A stretch of DNA of 64,000 bases from the human T2T-CHM13v2.0 reference genome, Homo sapiens. The position numbers were made by a program, and so were the translations under genes. Under the pieces are notes generated by a model. The model saw nothing but the letters and a program-made list of their open reading frames with translations, searched no databases and was not told the DNA's origin. This document shows positions 1 to 18,746 of the stretch, piece after piece. Location of the stretch: NCBI RefSeq assembly GCF_009914755.1, contig NC_060934.1. The stretch is one strand, 5' to 3'. Within the stretch, counting starts at the first letter, position 1; each line of letters starts with the position of its first letter.

Positions 1-3000
1 TGCTCTTGTTAAAATCTGAACATGCATTCAGCCTGCAAATATGTAAAAGCAAAACAATATCCCCACTTATGCACTGATACAAATAGAGGGACGCACGTAG
101 GTGATAAAATACTGAGTCAGACTTCCACGTCACTTGTAACCTGTGTCTGTGCCTGCAGAGGAAACCTCTGTGTGTGGGCTGTCCCATGTGTGTACGTGTG
201 TGTCTGTGTGTGCATGCATCCACTCATGCATGCCTGCGTGTCTGTGTTGCTAAATCCCGAAGGCTGGTTAATGCTTGGGTAAACTCATTGTCTAAGGGAG
301 CTCTAGACAGTGTTACCTTCAAAACGGAGCAAAGCAACCGACGCAGAATGTTCACTCATCTCAGAGAAATGAGGCACCAAAGCAAGAAGCGTTGAGAGTT
401 GCTCTAGGGGCTGATAAACGGGTGAAAAAATTACCAATCTGCTCTTCTCAAGATGTGACCTGGACAGATTTGGAAGACGTGTGAAAAGCCAGCCAGCAGA
501 ATTGGACCTCAGCCACAGCACTTTTCCAGAGATAATCTTCAAAAACGTCTGAAACTCTATCAAATTCCCAGTTCTCCTTGCCCTAGAAATCCTCCTTTGA
601 GCCCAAATTCACCTCTAAAAAGCGTTTGCTCCCAGGTAATGGTGTTCAGAAATAAGAGGAAGGTGAAGATGAAGGAAGGAGAATGTCTTGCCCCTTGGAG
701 ACGCACAGAAGCCCCAACTCTCAGCTGTCCGGAGCTGACTCTCATCTTGTAAACATTGCTTCTGAGAAGGACACTGCAGGCAGAAGTGCTTCTCTCCTTC
801 CAGCCTCAAGGGTTCAGACCCTCTCCCCTTTCTGCGGTTCACTCATCCCTCACCAATGCAGGGCCCTGGAGCAGCAGGAAACGTGGGGATGGCATGGGTG
901 GCTGTGCTCCCTCCCCGTGGCCCAGGGATCCTGCAGCGTAGAATCAGTCATAGAAAACATCTAAGTTTGTACAGATTGAGGATTTAACTGGGGTGTATTT
1001 TCCCAGAGGAGATAGTCATCAAAGCAACTGATCTATAGGAACGTTCGATAAATATTTCTTAATAAATAGAGTTGATACGGTATTAATCTGAGACATAGGC
1101 TCCTTTCATGGCAGGAAACCTTGCTGTACCTTAATTCTCCATTGAAGAGGTTCGTGCCCCTCTTTCTCTCATCTATTACTGCATTGATTTGTTCATCTAA
1201 TCAACACGTACCAATGAGATCGCAGCCATGGGCAGGCCCCGGGTTAGAAGCCAGGATAAGTATTTACGGTGGAGAACATGAGAGGTGGGATACACAGGGG
1301 AACGCCCGTGCCTGAACCTAAGAGGTGTGACTCTACCAAGTGGGAAAGGCAAGCACGCATCATGCCAGTGCAAAATTACAAACAGAGACGACCAGCCGTT
1401 GAAGTCAAGACACACACATGTTGTGGCACCAGCGTATGGGGGCCTGGGCTAGTCTGGGCTACCACAAGAGCAGCATTTTCCTGAGGTCTGCAGAGTCCGC
1501 CCTTCTTAAGCGACATGGGCCCCAGAGAACAGGGCAAGGGACCCTGCAGGAGGAGGCCCCCCAAGGAGCCGAGAGAAGGACCCGAGAAGGAACCGGGACC
1601 TGAGAAGGAAAGGCTAAGGGAGAGATGGACTGAGAGGGCGTGGGGCCTCATCGCCACGTTAAGGATTTGGGTCTTCATCAAAAGATCATTGAAAAGCCAC
1701 CTAAGCAGTTTAGACACAAGAGGGACTGAATGTGTAAAAGGCCACTCCAGCTGCAAGCGCAGTATGGGATGAAAATGAGCGCCAGAAACAGATGAGAGAA
1801 GGTGAGGTTCCACCGCGAATGCAGCCATGGAGACAGAGAACAATGTACAGGGTACAGCTAGGGAGCAAGATCGGGGGAGTTAGCAATGGACTGTGTGGGG
1901 CTGGGGAGAAAAAAGAGGGAGGGAGGGAAGGAGGGAAGTGGGGAGGGAGGGAGGGCCGGGGATGACTGCCGGATTTCTGGCATGAACAACTGCGCAGACT
2001 TCACTGTTCTGGCTATGATGGAGGCCCCAGAGGAAGTGAGGCGAACCAGGGTCTCGGGAGGACGGAGCCAGGTCTTGCTCTGGACGGGCCAAGGCTGAAG
2101 GGCTTTGATGTCCCCAGGTGGAACTGTCCACTTGTTAGCTGGATATACTTTCCTGAAGCTCTGAGAAGAGGTCTGAGCTTTAAGAAAGAAATGTAGGAAC
2201 TCCGTGTGCACAGATGGTCCTGAAGACACATGTGGGATCTCACCCTTACCACAGGTGCAGTGAGACAGCCGCTCCACCTCTTCAAGCCTCAAGGCCTCAC
2301 CTGCAGGTAGCCACACGCAGGGCTGTGTGGAGGACCGAGTGAGATCATGCCTGTGAAGTGCCCAGGACTGTGCCTGATTCACAGCAAGGGTTCCATGTTG
2401 CCTATAATGAACATTATCTCTAGAGACCACAGACTCTGATGGGCCAGGAACACGGGTGAGCCTGAGACTAGGCGGATGCATGGAGCTGGGACAGCCAGAG
2501 AAGTTCCCCCAAGAAGTCAGAGGAAGGAAAGTCTGCTGATGCCTACTGGCTCCTCATCTATGTTCATTGTGTCATAGCTGCTCTCAGAGCCTTGTCCAAC
2601 CTTTACCAACAACCTCATGCCATGGCCACTGTTGGGTCTGGTTTGCAGGTGAGGAGCTAGAGCTGGCATAAATTACCCAAATCCTACACACAGAGGGGCC
2701 AAACCCAGAGATTCAACCTTGTCCATTTGACCCCAAGTCTTGAGCTCTTGCTCTACATCCCCTTATTTCCCAAGGGAGTAGATTAAGAAGCAGCACCATG
2801 AGCTAAAGGCATGGATGCTAGAAAAGCTTCAGGTAAATTATCAGGGGATGGCCGACAAGGAAACCTATAGGAGCTTGGGGACAGGGAGGTCCAGGGAGGC
2901 TGGTTGGGTTCAGGGAGGCTGGTCCTCAGACAGATGGGAGCAGAGAAAGGGAGAGCCCTGTGGGGCAGGGGCCAGACTGATTACAAGACAGGGGCCCGGC

Positions 3001-3738
3001 AGGGAAAGGCAGGACCCTGGGGTGGAAGGAGGGGCCTGGACCTGGAGACAGGGGCTGTCATGTTGGCCTGGGGCCCGAGGGTGAGTGGAGGCTGGGCCAG
3101 CACGCTCCTCCACTCAGGGGCCTGTCCAGGGTCTGTGAGGTGTGAAAGGGCACCTGACAATGGGCGTCCAGGGACTGCAGAGAAGGGCCCAGGTCAGGCC
3201 TCAGGCTGCTGGTCACAAAAGGCCTCGTGTGACTCAGATGTCCGCTTGCTCCTGGACGGCTTTCTCAGGCTGGGAACGAAGCAGCTGGGCAGCTTCTAGT
3301 TCTACCTGCAGAGTCACTTTCTCGTGTGTTTGTTTCATGTCTTCTGAACGGCGGGAGCTGCGAGGGCTACTGGAAGTTGAGAAGTTATTCTGCTGGGACG
3401 TGGCCATGCCCGGGAACCAGTAGCTCCGTAACAGCACCTGAGCCTGCAGCCTGCCAAGCCCCTGGCGGGAGGAGGAGAGCCTTCAGGGATTCCCCAGGAA
3501 GCCACCTGAGCAGGACTAGGGTGGAAACATCGGAGAGTGAAGGAACAGCCTCTCTCTTGGGAGGAGTGTGATCAAGAGGAATGAGGAGAAGAATGAGGTC
3601 ATGAATCCCAACACAGACAGGCAAGTACACAGGTCCAGAGCCAAAGAGACAGAAAGACAGAGAGAAAGAGAGCTGGCCCCAGTGTGAACAGACCTGAGCC
3701 AGTGCAGACGTATCCCTGGTTAAGGTATAGACAAATGC

Positions 3739-4100
<362 letters not shown>

Positions 4101-6568
4101 TCAGAATTCCAGGCATTTATAGTGATTTTTAAGAAAAAAAAAATTATTAAAATAGTGATTCATCCCCCAAACCAATTTATTATTCTTAATGTCATTAAAA
4201 ACCACACACACACACAAAAAGACTGGAGACTCAGCCCAGGACAGTGAGCATAGTTAGAAAGAAAGCCACTTGAGCAGGACCGGGTAGAGGTTAACTTCCA
4301 ACCACAGCTAAAGATGCCAGATTGTCATTCCAGTTCAGTAAAGCCCACCTCAAACTGTATTTATTGATTCATTTCACAATAATCTGCTACTGTATTCAAC
4401 ACTCTAAGGGAGTGAGGAGTTTACTTGATTCAGCGGTAAACGCAGAGCTCTGGTAGGAGGTATTAATACTACTTATCAGCAAAGGTTACTAGCTTGCAAA
4501 ATGTTTGAATCATGTTACCACATGGTTACCAAAGCTGAGTTATGAAATGCCAGGGGCTGACTCTGGGTGCACAGCACTTACGTAAGTCACTCTGCACAGG
4601 GCGCTGGAGGAGAAGTTGAGTTCTATTACAGGAAGCAGAGGAAGTTTCAGCAGACAGTCACTTGCCAATTTGAACAGTCCAAACACATGGTCTTCCAGTT
4701 TACATGCCCAGTGGTTTCTAAATAATTCACATGTCAGCTGCACAGACACATTGATAGTGTCATGGGTTTTGATGGGTTGGCCCAAATCCCATCATGAGTA
4801 CAGTTCCATGTTCCCCCTGAAACTGGCGACGAGAAGTCCTCCCGGGGGAAGGCAGACAAGGGCAGCAGTGGAGTTTTGGGGTTGAGACTGAGCCAGAAAG
4901 CAAAGTGCCACTTCTGCCCATATGATGGTGAGATTTTGGAAGATTCCAAGTCTGAGAGACTGGGTCATATTGAGAGAATCGTGGAAATCATTTGGAAACC
5001 GGGCAGTGGGGAGGGAAGGATAAAGCCGTCTTCCATTTAAAAGGGAAACAGATACAATCTGAATGTATCTCCCCGGTTTGTCTGCTAAGGAGAGACACTC
5101 TTGTCTGCCGATAAAGAGCTGAGAGCCTCAAGTAGGTCAAAAATAAAGAAAACAAATTGAAGGTGAGATTGATTCATGACACATGTGTTACAAGGTCTGG
5201 TGGGAGCCTCTACTTTTTCTGGAGGATAAAACCATCAAAGCACACTGCCCCCGTTTCATCACACCACTTGCGTATTATAGAGACACAATCAGTTCTCAAA
5301 ATCCCTAATTTGGGCATTTTGTGCCTCAAAAATATTTGTTCCCTTAGTATTCAATGTGGCACCATAGTACGAGTGCAGGTGTTTTGAATTTACACCTATC
5401 CTAGCTTTCACTTCTGATCCAACTCATGGGTTTGGTACGTCTGCTTAGCAGTACAATTTCAACGACTAAAATTGTCCGTCTCTATTGACTATGAACCATG
5501 CAAAAGGACGACCACTGGATGGTTTTCACCACAGCTGTGGCCACAGTGGCTGGAGAGGTGGTCCACCCTAGAAGACCCTAGGAAATAGCAGGCTGATGAC
5601 ACTGAACACATCAGTTATGTGAAAGGTGTGCGTGCATGGTGAGCCAGGAGGCTCAGTCCTGGGAGCAAAAAGACATTATAATCTTTAAATCAGAAGTAAT
5701 TCCAGGAGCTTTCAACTGATAAAGGGGCTATCTTATGACATGAATAAATAACTAGACATAGTAACAACAAAATGATATTTTTCTTACTCAGGTGATCATC
5801 TTCTTATTCAAACGTGTATGTCAGAACCTGACTTAGGGATGGGAAGTTAGAAAATAAAATGAGAAAAGTGGAAAGCTGATTTCCTGCAGCCTACTTCCAT
5901 CATTAACTCTTGGAGGCTTGACAATCCTTGTTGGAAAGCAGTCACCCAGGCAGTAAACGCTGACTAATTGATGTGTTAATAAAAGTGGACATTGTGTAAC
6001 ATTCCTAATATGTTAATAGTGTGGTTTGCAAAACATTTTAAAATTACTTTAATGAAATATTTGATTAAACGTAGGTTTAATTTAAAATTTCACATTTTTA
6101 ATCAAGGAGGATCAGTAATTAGCCTGGAGGCTTGAATCGAGAGCATATGTATAATTTCTGCAAATAAAGAGAGTGCACCAGTGTTCCTAGAGGGTCCTGT
6201 GTCATCGACCTGTGTATGTGTGAATAACTACACATTTTTGGTGCTGTGGGATTCACTGGTAATTGCATTGCAGACCAATTAAGAGAGTATTTATAGTCCA
6301 AATTAACCTGATAATCAAGAATCCCCATACAATATTGATCTCTCTTAAGAATTTTCTGAATGTAGGTAGGTGCTCTAACCAGCTTCTTGAAGAAGTGTTC
6401 AGAAGCCAGAATCAATGAATTCGGCGGTAATATTTCCCCCTAGAAACGTGGGCCATTTTCAATTTTTGCATGCGCAGAGTAAATGCTCAGCAAAAGATTA
6501 ATTACTTGAGTATTTCATCGATATTCCTATAGACAGAAGGTATTTACGGAGGGCCTGAGCATGCATTC

Positions 6569-7200
6569 TGTAGAGTCCGATAGGTGGGATGTCTTCCCTC
6601 ACCCATCACAAGGGTCATAGCAGAGACTCCTAGAACAAAAGACAGGTTAACAGGAGAAAAGCATAATAGGCATAATATTTAGTCCAAATTTTACATGACA
6701 CGAGATCCTTCAGAAATGAAGAATCAAAGGCCCAGGGAAAACTGTGTCTTTTTACACTTAGGATGGATGGAAGCATGGACAGACATGTAGGAATGTGATG
6801 GGACAGAAGACTGTGATCTAATGGTGAGAGAGTGAGGGTAAGCCCAGCAAGACCCACCTGTTCCTGTTCTCCATGGCTTCTCCATTTGTGTTCCTTACCT
6901 CTCAGGAAGAGGGCAGGACTCCTCTGGAATGAGGGTCTCCGAGGAGGAAGAGAGACAGTGACCTTTCTAAGTTTCATGGCTGGTTTTGGGGAGAGGAATT
7001 CTAGTGCCTATGACCCACCTTAGGGAAGGGGAATTCTGTTTTCTATGACTCACTTTGGGGCAGAAAGAGGGCAGAGAGAGACATGAGGGCAGGAGAGGGT
7101 CGGAGAGACCTGGCGTAGGCGGCCTTCCCATTTCCTCCAGCTCAAAGCACTTGACATGCTCTGGCGCCATACTTTGGGGTCTTGTTTTCTGAGCCTCACA
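6569..7200 (-). mobile_element. ERV1 MER4-group solo LTR (MER39/LTR48-like)
   Basis: TG...CA termini with 4-bp TSD ATTC (6565-6568, 7201-7204). The minus-strand start TGTGAGGCTCAGAAAACAAGACCCCAAAGTATGGCGC is typical of this LTR group; exact family uncertain. Confidence 0.75.
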
Positions 7201-8849
7201 ATTCTGAGAGATTCTGCACACGGGTCACCGAAGGTCATCCTCACAGACTCCCCTAAAGTGACATATTATTATCACCATAACAGACATGGAACCTGGGACT
7301 CAGTCCTCAGGTGATTGTCCAGAATGGGGAGCGGGCCATTCTGGACAATCTGTACCATGGCCACAGAATGTAAACAGAAAACTCATTCATTCATTCACAA
7401 CTCCAGACATTCTTCTTCAACATGGATCTTGGCAAAAAATGGGGTCTTCAATTCAGATTAAATAAAGGAAATGAAATACAATTATTTTTAAGTTATGAAG
7501 ACATCTTAAATTTTTACTTAAGGCTAAAATGTCATTTTCTTATACAAGACATAAGCATTTGATGTTTGTCAAGTTCACAGTTAACTACTCAGGGGTACAG
7601 ATTGCTTCTTGTTAAAGACACCACTGACTGAATATTTTAACCACTCGAATAGAAATTTCTACATTTTATCGGTGTCTGCCAAACCAAAATACCCCAACGG
7701 AATTCCTTTGAAATCTCTGGGAATGCATTATTGGAGTGGGTGTCGATACTAACTTTTCACATAAATCTACTCACCCTCAAGTTAGGATATTGGACATATG
7801 GTTTGTGGAAATATTTGAAGCATTTGCATAAGACATGCAAGTTTTGGAAGAATGACCATTTTAATCAGGCTGACTAACTGAGATGAGAAGAGGGAGGTGT
7901 GACCATCTGTTTAGCTTCATCTTGATTTTATTTAGCACCTGCAAAAAAAATAGATTTGAGCCACTTCTGAACGAAGAAAATATGGAGAACCTGTCTAGGA
8001 CTGTCTCCTGTGCCCTTCTTCAAGGAAAGGAAAGGTCAAGTTACAAACAAATTATACACACACGCTGTGCACATGTGCACACATGCACATATACACAAAC
8101 CCTACACCTTTTGAAATCTAAGATCTGTAGTTCCATAGTTCACTTGATAACTACAGGTCTTAATTTTAGCACTCTAAGACAACACTCAATACATATGCTA
8201 ATATTTGCCGATACCTATAAAGGCCAAAAGAAACAAAAAGTAAAGTTATTATGTGTAGGAATGACAGAGGATTCTGAACTGAGAGAGGCAGTTATATAAT
8301 TTGCCAGTTCCTAAGCTGTTTATATAAATGGTTATAAATGGATATACTGTGTTGCCTATGAAGGTTATAGCTCTCTAAAATGATATTAATATGACATGAA
8401 AATAAAGCGATAAAATTCCAAGCTATATTTCAATGCATAAATAATGCTAGAATATAGTTGACACTCAGTAATATCAACAAACAAGTGAAAAAATTCCTTA
8501 CTAGTTTTTTGGTAGTTTTTTCTGACAAATAAATTTGAACTTAAATGTATTTTCTTTATCAAGATTATCCTAAGACTTTTGTGCTGCAGTTTTTGAGATA
8601 AATCATTTGATAGATTTTCTGATGTTGAAATTTTCTCTTACTCTTGACCAAACTCTCTTTGGTGACTATGATTTTCCTCTTCTCACTCTGGACTCTTATT
8701 TACATTCTTATTCTCTCTCTGTCTGCTCCTCATCCTCCTCCTGTTCTCTCTCCATTTCCCTTTCTCATCTCCTCTCTCTTTTTCCTTCATCAGTCTTGAT
8801 ATTATTAATATTTTTAAAAACTCAGCTTTTGGAATTTTGAATTATTCTC

Positions 8850-11400
<2,551 letters not shown>

Positions 11401-11949
11401 GTGCGGAGAGTTACGCCAGCATTAGACGAGATGGCTCAGACTTTATTCCGGCTCTTTGAGCCATCATTTCAGGCCACTTTCAGTTTGATCTATGCATGTG
11501 GGGTTCAAACAGCAGCCGGAGCTGGGGGCGGTGGGGAGGGGGGCATTTATGCTCAGAATCAGATGTCCCCCGTCCCCCTCCGCTTTCCGAGGCTGTCCTT
11601 TCTCCCTCTCTCCCTCCTGGCTGCTCTTGGGTTTTCTCCCTGATTGCCTTCAGCGGAGGAGATGCTGGGCTTGGTAAGCTCTGCCTCAGTGGAAGCTTCT
11701 GTAAGATAAAGGCGCAGTAGAAAAATGCAAACGTGTTCTCTGCCCCCCGCGCGCTTCAGGGTTGGCTCCCTCCAAAAGCTTCCTGAGCTTGTTCAGTCGC
11801 CACAGCTCTGAGAGAGCAGTTTGTTTTGTATCTTGTTAAAGTTTATAGCTGTTAATGATAATTGATTGTTAAGAGTTCACCCCATCTAAGGAGCATATGG
11901 CCCACAAATGGCCGGAAGAGAAACTTCCGAGCACTTGCCCCTCCTCAAC

Positions 11950-12520
11950 TGTCATTTTCTCACTTATCTTTAATAGAATATGTATTTTTCTTATATAAAA
12001 TTATACATATGCTAAAATATAACATACATATATGTAAGAATATATATATGCTGCACTCTAAACACTTACTGCTTTCTTATGTTTCAAATATTTTCTTCTA
12101 TTTTATGACTTGACTTTCCATTTTTTATGAGAAGCAGGTTTTTTAAATTACATATAGTCAAATATATCAATCTTTTACATGTACGTAATGGTGTGTATTT
12201 TTGTGTCTTGTTTAAAAAGACATTCGAAAAAATGATAATAAAAAAACTTCCTAAATCCCATAGTCATATTGATTTTTGTTTTGTATATTGTCTTAAAATT
12301 TTTAATTTTGCTTTTTACACTTAAGACTTTAATCAGTCTAGAATTGATTTTTACACACGATATGAAGTGGAGATCTAATTTCTTCATTTTCATTTTGGTT
12401 TTCTGGATGAATGAATAAGGGTTAAAAGTTATCATTTACTAAATAGTCCATTTTTCTCCTACAAAAGGAATAAATCAATTTCCAATCATCTATTTCTCTA
12501 TCCCTTGTCAATACCACATT
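11950..12520 (-). mobile_element. Degenerate L1ME-like fragment
   Basis: Motifs such as AGAAGCAGGTTTTTTAAATT, TTTAATCAGTCTAGAATTGATTTTT, CATTTACTAAATAGTCC resemble antisense old-L1 ORF2. Confidence 0.55.
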
Positions 12521-12905
12521 TACAACTGGGCCCAACCCTAAGTGGTACAGAGGCCCACAGATAAGTAAATGATTGCAGAATAAACTTTGCCAGCTTTAGG
12601 ACTTTGGCTAGACGTAGCTGGTTCTGCGTGGCATTTTTTAGCCTAGAAACTCAAAGTGCCCCATAGCCTGATTAGGATACACGTGTCATCTTTTCTTCTC
12701 CTATTACAAATAAACTAAAGCAGGGACCTGGGTAGCTTGCATATGCATGGGTAGCCTGCAGGGGCTTTGAAATGAAACTGCCTGAGTTCAAAGCCTGATT
12801 TCACCACTTACTAACTTAGATCACTTGTCCTTGAGAAATTACCGGATGTCTTTCAGCTTCAATTTCTTATTTATCAAATGCTAATAATAATGTATTCATA
12901 CCTTA

Positions 12906-13277
<372 letters not shown>

Positions 13278-13744
13278 TCAAAAGAATGCCGTAGAAAGAA
13301 AAGGTTTGTCTCACTGGATACGTGGAGTTATGCGGCCGCAAGACCAGGCACTGGTTCACTGGCTTCCCATTCTGAGCCCTTTTCTCCTTGACTTTTGGTC
13401 TTATAGAGTCTGGAAATTTCAAAACCACATTTCACAGGTTTCCTTGCCACTAAGATGACTCAGACCACTGAGCTTCTGTCAAACAGGCAGATCCACCAAC
13501 AAGCTGGTAAATAGCAGGAGATGGACGCCGCACACGGCTGCCTCTCCTTGCAGGCATGAGGGTGAAGGGGCCTTCAGTGGAGCCCGTGGGGATGGGGGTC
13601 CTAGTCCCAGCCAGGCAGTGGCCACCGCAGCATGTGTTTCCATGACAACACTGGACACCGGCATTTCTCTCGTCTCTTTTGGTTCTAGCTGAGTAGTATT
13701 CAAGCCATGTTTTCTAGCTGTTTAGATTTCCTGACCTATCTAAT

Positions 13745-14030
13745 ATTTGTATTCATTCATTCCACAAATATCTGCAATGTACCTACTATGTTCTCGGCAG
13801 GTTTGAGGAGCTTGAAATACATCAGTGGATACAATAGATGAAGATCCTTTGCCTTCAGGGGCTTGTATTACAGCCAGTGAAGACAAATGTAAATATGCAA
13901 TGTAATGAATGTGTGCAATGGTATGGGAGAAGGTGGTAAGCACTCTGGAAAAACAAAAAGTAGAGCCGGACAGGAGGGGTCAAGTGTGGCAGAGGAGGTG
14001 GCAGGGCTGCGATTTTAAGTAGGGTCCTTG
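13745..14030 (-). mobile_element. L2 3' fragment
   Basis: ATTCATTCATTCCACAAATATCTGCAATGTACCTACTATGTTC... is the antisense L2 terminus. Confidence 0.7.
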
Positions 14031-15401
14031 GGTTGTCTTCACAGCACCATGAAATTAAAAGATTTCCTGGAGCGAGAGTTCCCACATTGATGTCCCAGGG
14101 GTGGGTGAGAGGAGAGCCATGGGTGCAGCCCCGCAGGCCAGGTGCCCTGGGTCTGACCAGGAGAAAAACCAGGGTGAACCTCGCCGTGAGGCCGCCGCCC
14201 TCTTTACGCAGACAACACGGTTTTCCTGACTCTGTCCTGACATTGGCCCAGCCTTCATCGTGTCCCCTTTGGAAGTCTCCCCTCCACAGCTAACCTCCCA
14301 CACTTAGCCATCCTCATCAGGCTGTGCTGGACCCTTGAAATACTCCACAGTGGACTGCTTTGTTCAGCGCAAGGCAGTGGGTGTCGTTGGGCAGTGGACA
14401 GTCTTATTCACCTTTTCGCCTTCAGCTTCTAGCGGGAATATATTCGGCTTTCAGAAATGATTGTGAAGAAACAAATGAGCAGATCTGTGAATACATAATC
14501 ATCTCTATTTTCCTCCTCTAGGTCAATTAGGAGTTATGGCCTATGGTGTGTATATGGCAGGTAAACTCGTTCTTCTACTTAGATGTCCCATCTATGTTGC
14601 TCTTTGTTTAGTATTGCAAAAGCATAAGTTCCCTTAAATAATAAAATAAACATGACTTAAATGGTTTGAGCTAGTGGCCACACGTAATGAGCTGGACCTT
14701 TCTTGGGCTTCAGCCGCTCCCTGAGATCCCATTAAGTACTTTGGGTTGACTTGCACACTGCCAGGGTGGCTCATTAGTGAGTTACTGCCTCAGTACCTAT
14801 GCCCTTTTAATGTCTCCTTGGGCCCAGAAGAGCCTCATGTAATATTAAAATATAGTTCAATACATACTCACCTTCTTCTGGGTTTTCACTTCAGAGATTT
14901 GGGTCAAGATAGCAAACACCTTCATATATCAAAATAAAGAAATACATGTACGTAAGTAATTTTGTAGCACTTACATATTAAGGTTGCTATGTGTGTGGAC
15001 ACAGGAACAATTCTGAAGAAGCCAGGAGAACGCCACAGTGATGACGAGGACTCCTCTCGAACACAGAGCACTCCCACTCCATAGGACTCGCTGGGCTTTC
15101 CAAACTTAGCAACCCAGTTTACCAGGCTCAGTAGGACAGGACAGTTCACTACCCACTGATGCATGTTATTTGGGGGAAGATTTAGTGAAAATTTGAAGAA
15201 TTCAAGCTCAGAGTCTCAAATGTATATGTACACAATGCTCATCACTCACACAACTGAAAACTGTCTCCACTTTTACACCAAATACCCTCATGATGGGATT
15301 TGCACACATCAGCATCGACATAGATTTAATCAGTGATTAGGCCTATTCATAGGAAATAGAGACTTGGACTTGTTATTTTAAAAACCTTTAAAAGGAAGAA
15401 G

Positions 15402-15728
<327 letters not shown>

Positions 15729-16029
15729 CTAGGGTTAATTTGGCGGCTATGTGTTACATTAACATACCTTACAATAATTACATGCATTACATTACATTTT
15801 TGTCCAAACAGTATTATGAGAATATGTTTTACATGTCTATGTGTCCTGGTAGGTTAAATTCCCCTTTCTTGCTCTTCTTTTTTAAAATTCACAGTTGCAC
15901 TTGGCTATTCTCACTCACTTATTTTCAAGGTATATTTGTAAGTGAATTTATAAAGATTCCAGAGGAAATTCATTTAGATCTTGTTTAAAATTACATATGA
16001 CATAATATAGACAAAAATTATACCTTTAT

Positions 16030-16387
16030 TGATATGGTTTGGCTGTGTCCCCACCTAAATCTCATCTTGAATTCCCACGTTTTGTGGGAGGGACCTGCTG
16101 GGAGGTAACTGAATCATGGGGACAAGTCTTTCCCATGCTGTTCTCATGATACTGATTAAGTCTCATGAGATCTGACAGTTTTATAAAGAGGAGTTTCCCT
16201 GTACAATCTCTCTCTCTCTTTGCCTGCTGCCATCCATGTAAGACATGACTTGCTCCTCCTTGCCTCCCTCCATGATTGTGAGGCTTTCCCATCCACGTGG
16301 AACTGTAAGTCCATTAAACCTCTTTCTCTTGTAAATTGCCCAGTCTCGGGTATGTCTTTATCAGCAGCATGAAAACAGACTAATACA
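16030..16387 (+). mobile_element. THE1 (THE1B-like) solo LTR inside a degenerate L1
   Basis: TGATATGGTTTGGCTGTGTCCCCACC...GACTAATACA, ATTAAA signal, 5-bp TSD TTTAT (16025-16029, 16388-16392). Confidence 0.93.
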
Positions 16388-17397
16388 TTTATAATATTCA
16401 ATTTCCATCCAGAAATTTATCTCTCATTCACCCAATTAAAAATCCTCTGTCAATTTTGAATGTCCTTTACCTAGTTCTCTTCTCTCTCTTGTTGAATTAT
16501 GCATGCTGATAGGAAAGCTATCAGCCCAGAGGGAAAAGCAAGTGTTTTGTGTTCTGTATCATCACTACTTTAGGCAACATGATTGCTCAATATAGATTAT
16601 TTTCCCAAATGTCAGAATGATGATTTATAAAGAAATATTCTATGTGTGTGGTGCCACCTCATTATCCAGCAGACGTTGTAGGAGAAAGTCTTTTTAAATT
16701 TCACAGACTAGGTATTATCACAATACAATCAATAAAAACAGCATGATAATTACCAGATGAGATGACTACATAGTAAAAATGTTATTTGAAACTAAAATTC
16801 AATAATATAAAGAACAAAGATTTTCTAGGGCCATTTCGTATCTTATCATTCTTAAGAATGAATAAATAGAGAAAAGTGGCAGTAGAGAGTCATGCTTTTT
16901 AGAAAATAAAAATGCAGAGAATAAAAATGCTGCCCTTGCCAAAAATGTCTTCATTCCTTCAACTTTTCATGAATTAAAGAATCATTGCATTTCTTCCCTC
17001 ATTATGCACCCAAATTAAACGTGGAGATAAACCTTTTAGGGAAAAGTGATCATCTAGAAATGAACTTGATATTTCCAGTAGAAATATGTGGTTTTATTTT
17101 TTTAATATTTTAAATTACAGGGAATTTTAATTGTCAACATTTTAGAAGCTCCAGCCTCACAGTCATCACCAGATATACTAACACCAGCCAATGACACGCC
17201 AAGTACTTCACTAAATCTGACCCTCCCTGCCTTCACGGAAATGCACACTTAGAATTACAGGTTTGTATTTGTGGTTCCTGGCTTTCTTTTTTTTTCCACT
17301 ACTTTTTATATTAGAAAAGTCATTTTTTTTCCTAGACTGTGTTACTAAAAAGTTCAGATAAAGATAATCTGTAAAACATACCGCGATTTTATGTTCT

Positions 17398-17874
<477 letters not shown>

Positions 17875-18359
17875 TGATACAGATTCTAAAGATAATTCAT
17901 TTCACTCTAATACGTATTTGTCAAAGAAGCTTTTACATCATTACATTTTTTTACATCTAGTTTAGGAAAGAGAAATTGCACATATCAGCCAGCCTCACCT
18001 ATTCCCTACTCACAGAACTTGACTGTGGACCAGAGAGAGAGAGAGAATAAGAATGGGGAAACCACAGTAGCAAATCATCTTTAAGAAACATTTACCAAAT
18101 TATCCATCTCTGTTTAAAAATTAGAATAGCTGAGATATAGTGAAAGCTTGCAATGTGCCAGATACTAAGCCCATTGGCTTGATGATCTCATCCAATTCTC
18201 ACAGCAACTTGACCAGCTAGGTGCTGTTAGTGCAAGTATTTTTCAGACGAGAACACAGGTCTTGCAGAGGATGGCTGGGAAGCAGAGCAGGTTACGGGGC
18301 TGTCATTGCAGAGCCAGCATCTGTACCTGGCTACAAGACTCAGCCACACTCCAGCCCAT

Positions 18360-18746
18360 AGTCGTAAGTTTTAAAAGCACCTCCAAAATCCTTTGCCACT
18401 CAGTCCATCATGAGGTGAAGCTTTGTCCCCTCACATTGATGGCCAGACACACGGGGCGCAGCAGAAGTGACTCGGGGCCTGTTGCTTTGGGAAATAGGGG
18501 TTTTCACCTCCTACTTCTAGAGTCATTTGCTGTTGAGATCCAGCCTCCATTCTGGGAGCCAGCTTGGGCTGCCTGCCTGTGTCTGAGCCATCTTGGAAGT
18601 GAACCCCTTCGAACCCAGCACCCTTGCTTGTGCCATGGAGCACACACAAGCTGCCATTTCTATCCCTGACCCAATGGCAGATTCCCGAGGAAATCAAATG
18701 AGTGGTGACTTCCAGCCACTAAGTTACCGTAGCAGTTAACTGATAC
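18360..18746 (+). mobile_element. Old MLT1-type MaLR LTR
   Basis: Motifs CAGCCTCCAT, AGCCATCTTGGAAGTGAACCCC and AGCCACTAAGTT...AACTGATACA. Degenerate. Confidence 0.6.

Noticed and set aside
1897-1961. G-quadruplex-forming GGGA run
   Set aside because: Plausible in vitro, but it is a common low-complexity tract in L2-like sequence with no functional context.
1376-2481. 155-aa and 207-aa minus-strand ORFs
   Set aside because: No recognisable domain, and they overlap GC-rich L2/MIR-like and GGGA-repeat sequence. Chance ORFs.
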